Source: Azolla caroliniana
Taxonomy: Eukaryota; Plantae; Polypodiophyta
NCBI GenBank assembly: GCA_043228905.1
Contig: JBHGNT010000011.1
Span: 19,592,001 to 19,656,000 of the forward strand
Reading direction: 5' to 3'
DNA: 64,000 bases
Both the position numbers and the translations under genes were made by a program. Each line of letters opens with the position of its first letter. Positions within the stretch are counted from its first letter, which is position 1. The notes under the pieces are model-generated. The model ran no database searches. It saw only the letters and a list, made by a program, of their open reading frames with translations, and was not told the DNA's origin. Shown piece by piece: positions 62,443 through 64,000 of the stretch.

Positions 62443-62915
62443 TTATAATTTATCTATGCTTGCAATGATGATGTTCGAGACCTAAACATGAGTTGGTAAC
62501 AAAAGAACAATTATAACTTCATGCAATAAAAATGAACATTACCCAAGTATGAACACTTGGGGTAAGCCTTAGAACTTCATGTTTAGCATAAATTATTTAT
62601 TATAAGTTGTAAGCTAGCTTAGAATGTGTAAAGTTGGTAATACTACACTATAACATAACTATATGACTTGGCCTCACAATTATTTTGGGATTGTTTTTCT
62701 ATCTATACAACAATCTGCTCTTCTAAAAAAATCTTGTTTGCAACAAAATTTGATATCAAAGTATCTTGCTTTCAGTAGAATTCAATGACGATAATCACCC
62801 TTCACAAAGAACTTCCTAGATAAAATAAAAGAATCTTGTTTAAAATAAAAGTGGTCAAGGCCTTTGAATGAGTTAATATGGTAAAAGAGAACTTTTTCAT
62901 AACAACGCAAGTGAT

Positions 62916-63411
62916 TACCAAAGTTTCAGCTCAAACTGAACCAAACCTTTAAACCATAGCTTAATGGTTTATAGGTTCGAAGATAAATAAACAGTTTGGT
63001 TTGGTTTCAAATGTTACTAATTAGTTTGGTTTCAGTTTGGTTCGGTTTATAGGTTAGAAAATACTCCTAAATTTTTCCTATAGGCTCTAACTTTTAACTT
63101 ATTAAAATTTATATGCATTATATTTAGAGTCTCCTTTTTCATTTATGATGATTAAATATTATAAGTATGATCAAATTTATGATAAGTATGATGACAAAAT
63201 TTATGATGATTTTCTCACACAAATTTATAATAAGTATAATTATCAATATCAATAAAAAATGGTTTGGTTCTAAATATTCCGTAAACGGTTTGGCTCTAAA
63301 CAATTCGATTTAAATAGCTTCATAAATTTTAAACAGTTTGGATTGGGTTTTTTATGAATAAATGGTTTGGTTTGGTTTCAAGGCCAAGAAACCGAACTGG
63401 GCCCATTGCTA
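62916..63411. mobile_element. AACCG-family hAT MITE, inverted relative to 41633-42192, with one damaged TIR
   Basis: The right end is AACTGGGCCCATTGCTA, with a perfect 8-bp TSD CAAGTGAT (62908-62915 and 63412-63419). The left end TACCAAAGTTTCAGCTC lacks most of the TIR. Confidence 0.85.
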
Positions 63412-63708
63412 CAAGTGATACTGACGATCAAGGCATCCAAGGAAAAGAGTATATATTAACTGGCTGTTGTTGTATAAGTGAATCTTTATTTACCATAATA
63501 ATCTTTTGTACAAACATTGTTCTTATATGCAATTGACATTATAATACAAAATTGATACTAGTTCTCCGTGTTAAAGTACATACATTGTTGTTATATGCTA
63601 TTGACATTATATTACAATTTACAACATTGATACTAGTTCTCCATGTTAAAGTACAGCAATAATCTACATTTGGTATTGGTGTAATGCACAAAACGTTGAT
63701 CTCCAAGC

Positions 63709-63903
63709 TCAAGCTGACTCGAAGACCATCCGTTGCTTCCACTCTTGAATCGCCAAACGCAATGCGTGATTAGGAGTTAATTGCTTGTGCTTCAACTTCA
63801 AATTAGTCATTGGAGAAGTTTTGTGATCTTGAAGCCATTGTTTAATTCTCCCGTATTCATATGTAAAACCATCAGCAGCAATATGAGGTTCTCCCATTAT
63901 CTC
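63709..63903 (-). CDS. Last exon of a plant U-box (PUB) E3 ligase, PUB33-like C-terminal U-box; partial
   Basis: Acceptor AG at 63905-63904, then EIMGEPHIAADGFTYEYGRIKQWLQDHKTSPMTNLKLKHKQLTPNHALRLAIQEW...stop, a canonical U-box. Upstream exons lie outside the window. Confidence 0.9.
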   Translation of the reverse strand, partial: EIMGEPHIAADGFTYEYGRIKQWLQDHKTSPMTNLKLKHKQLTPNHALRLAIQEWKQRMVFESA

Positions 63904-64000
63904 CTACCATGCCAACATTAAAAAATATAAGAGGTTGTTGCCCAAGTTACTTACCACCCTATCTCTATCGTTTAATATAATGCCACTATCAAAATGATAT

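Overview
AT-rich, intron-containing land-plant nuclear DNA, probably from a seed-free plant such as a fern or lycophyte (inference). I reconstructed five complete spliced genes by hand, with splice phases consistent at every junction. (1) A 16-exon, ~825-aa uncharacterised protein with repeated 'CTF.P.I ... RL(Y/F)' motifs and an EF-hand-like segment (+, 5369-21678). (2) An RSH2/3-type RelA/SpoT ppGpp synthase/hydrolase (-, 27493-24886). (3) An ankyrin+RCC1 IBTK-like protein (-, 42959-34565). (4) A small UIM + RING-H2 E3 ligase (+, 48915-51475). (5) A TM9SF/EMP70 nonaspanin whose first intron needs a GC donor (+, 53785-58049). The last exon of a U-box gene enters at the right edge. Intergenic DNA and large introns contain decayed LINEs, Ty1/copia and Ty3/gypsy remnants, two hAT-type MITE families with 8-bp TSDs, a Mutator-like MITE, many 100-240 bp tandem duplications and microsatellites. 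The best novelty candidates are the uncharacterised repeat protein, an hAT MITE carrying an array of tRNA-derived Pol III-like units, the UIM-RING fusion and a triple-nested hAT insertion. I found no prokaryote-type system such as CRISPR or an operon. All family assignments come from recognised motifs; no database searches were run.
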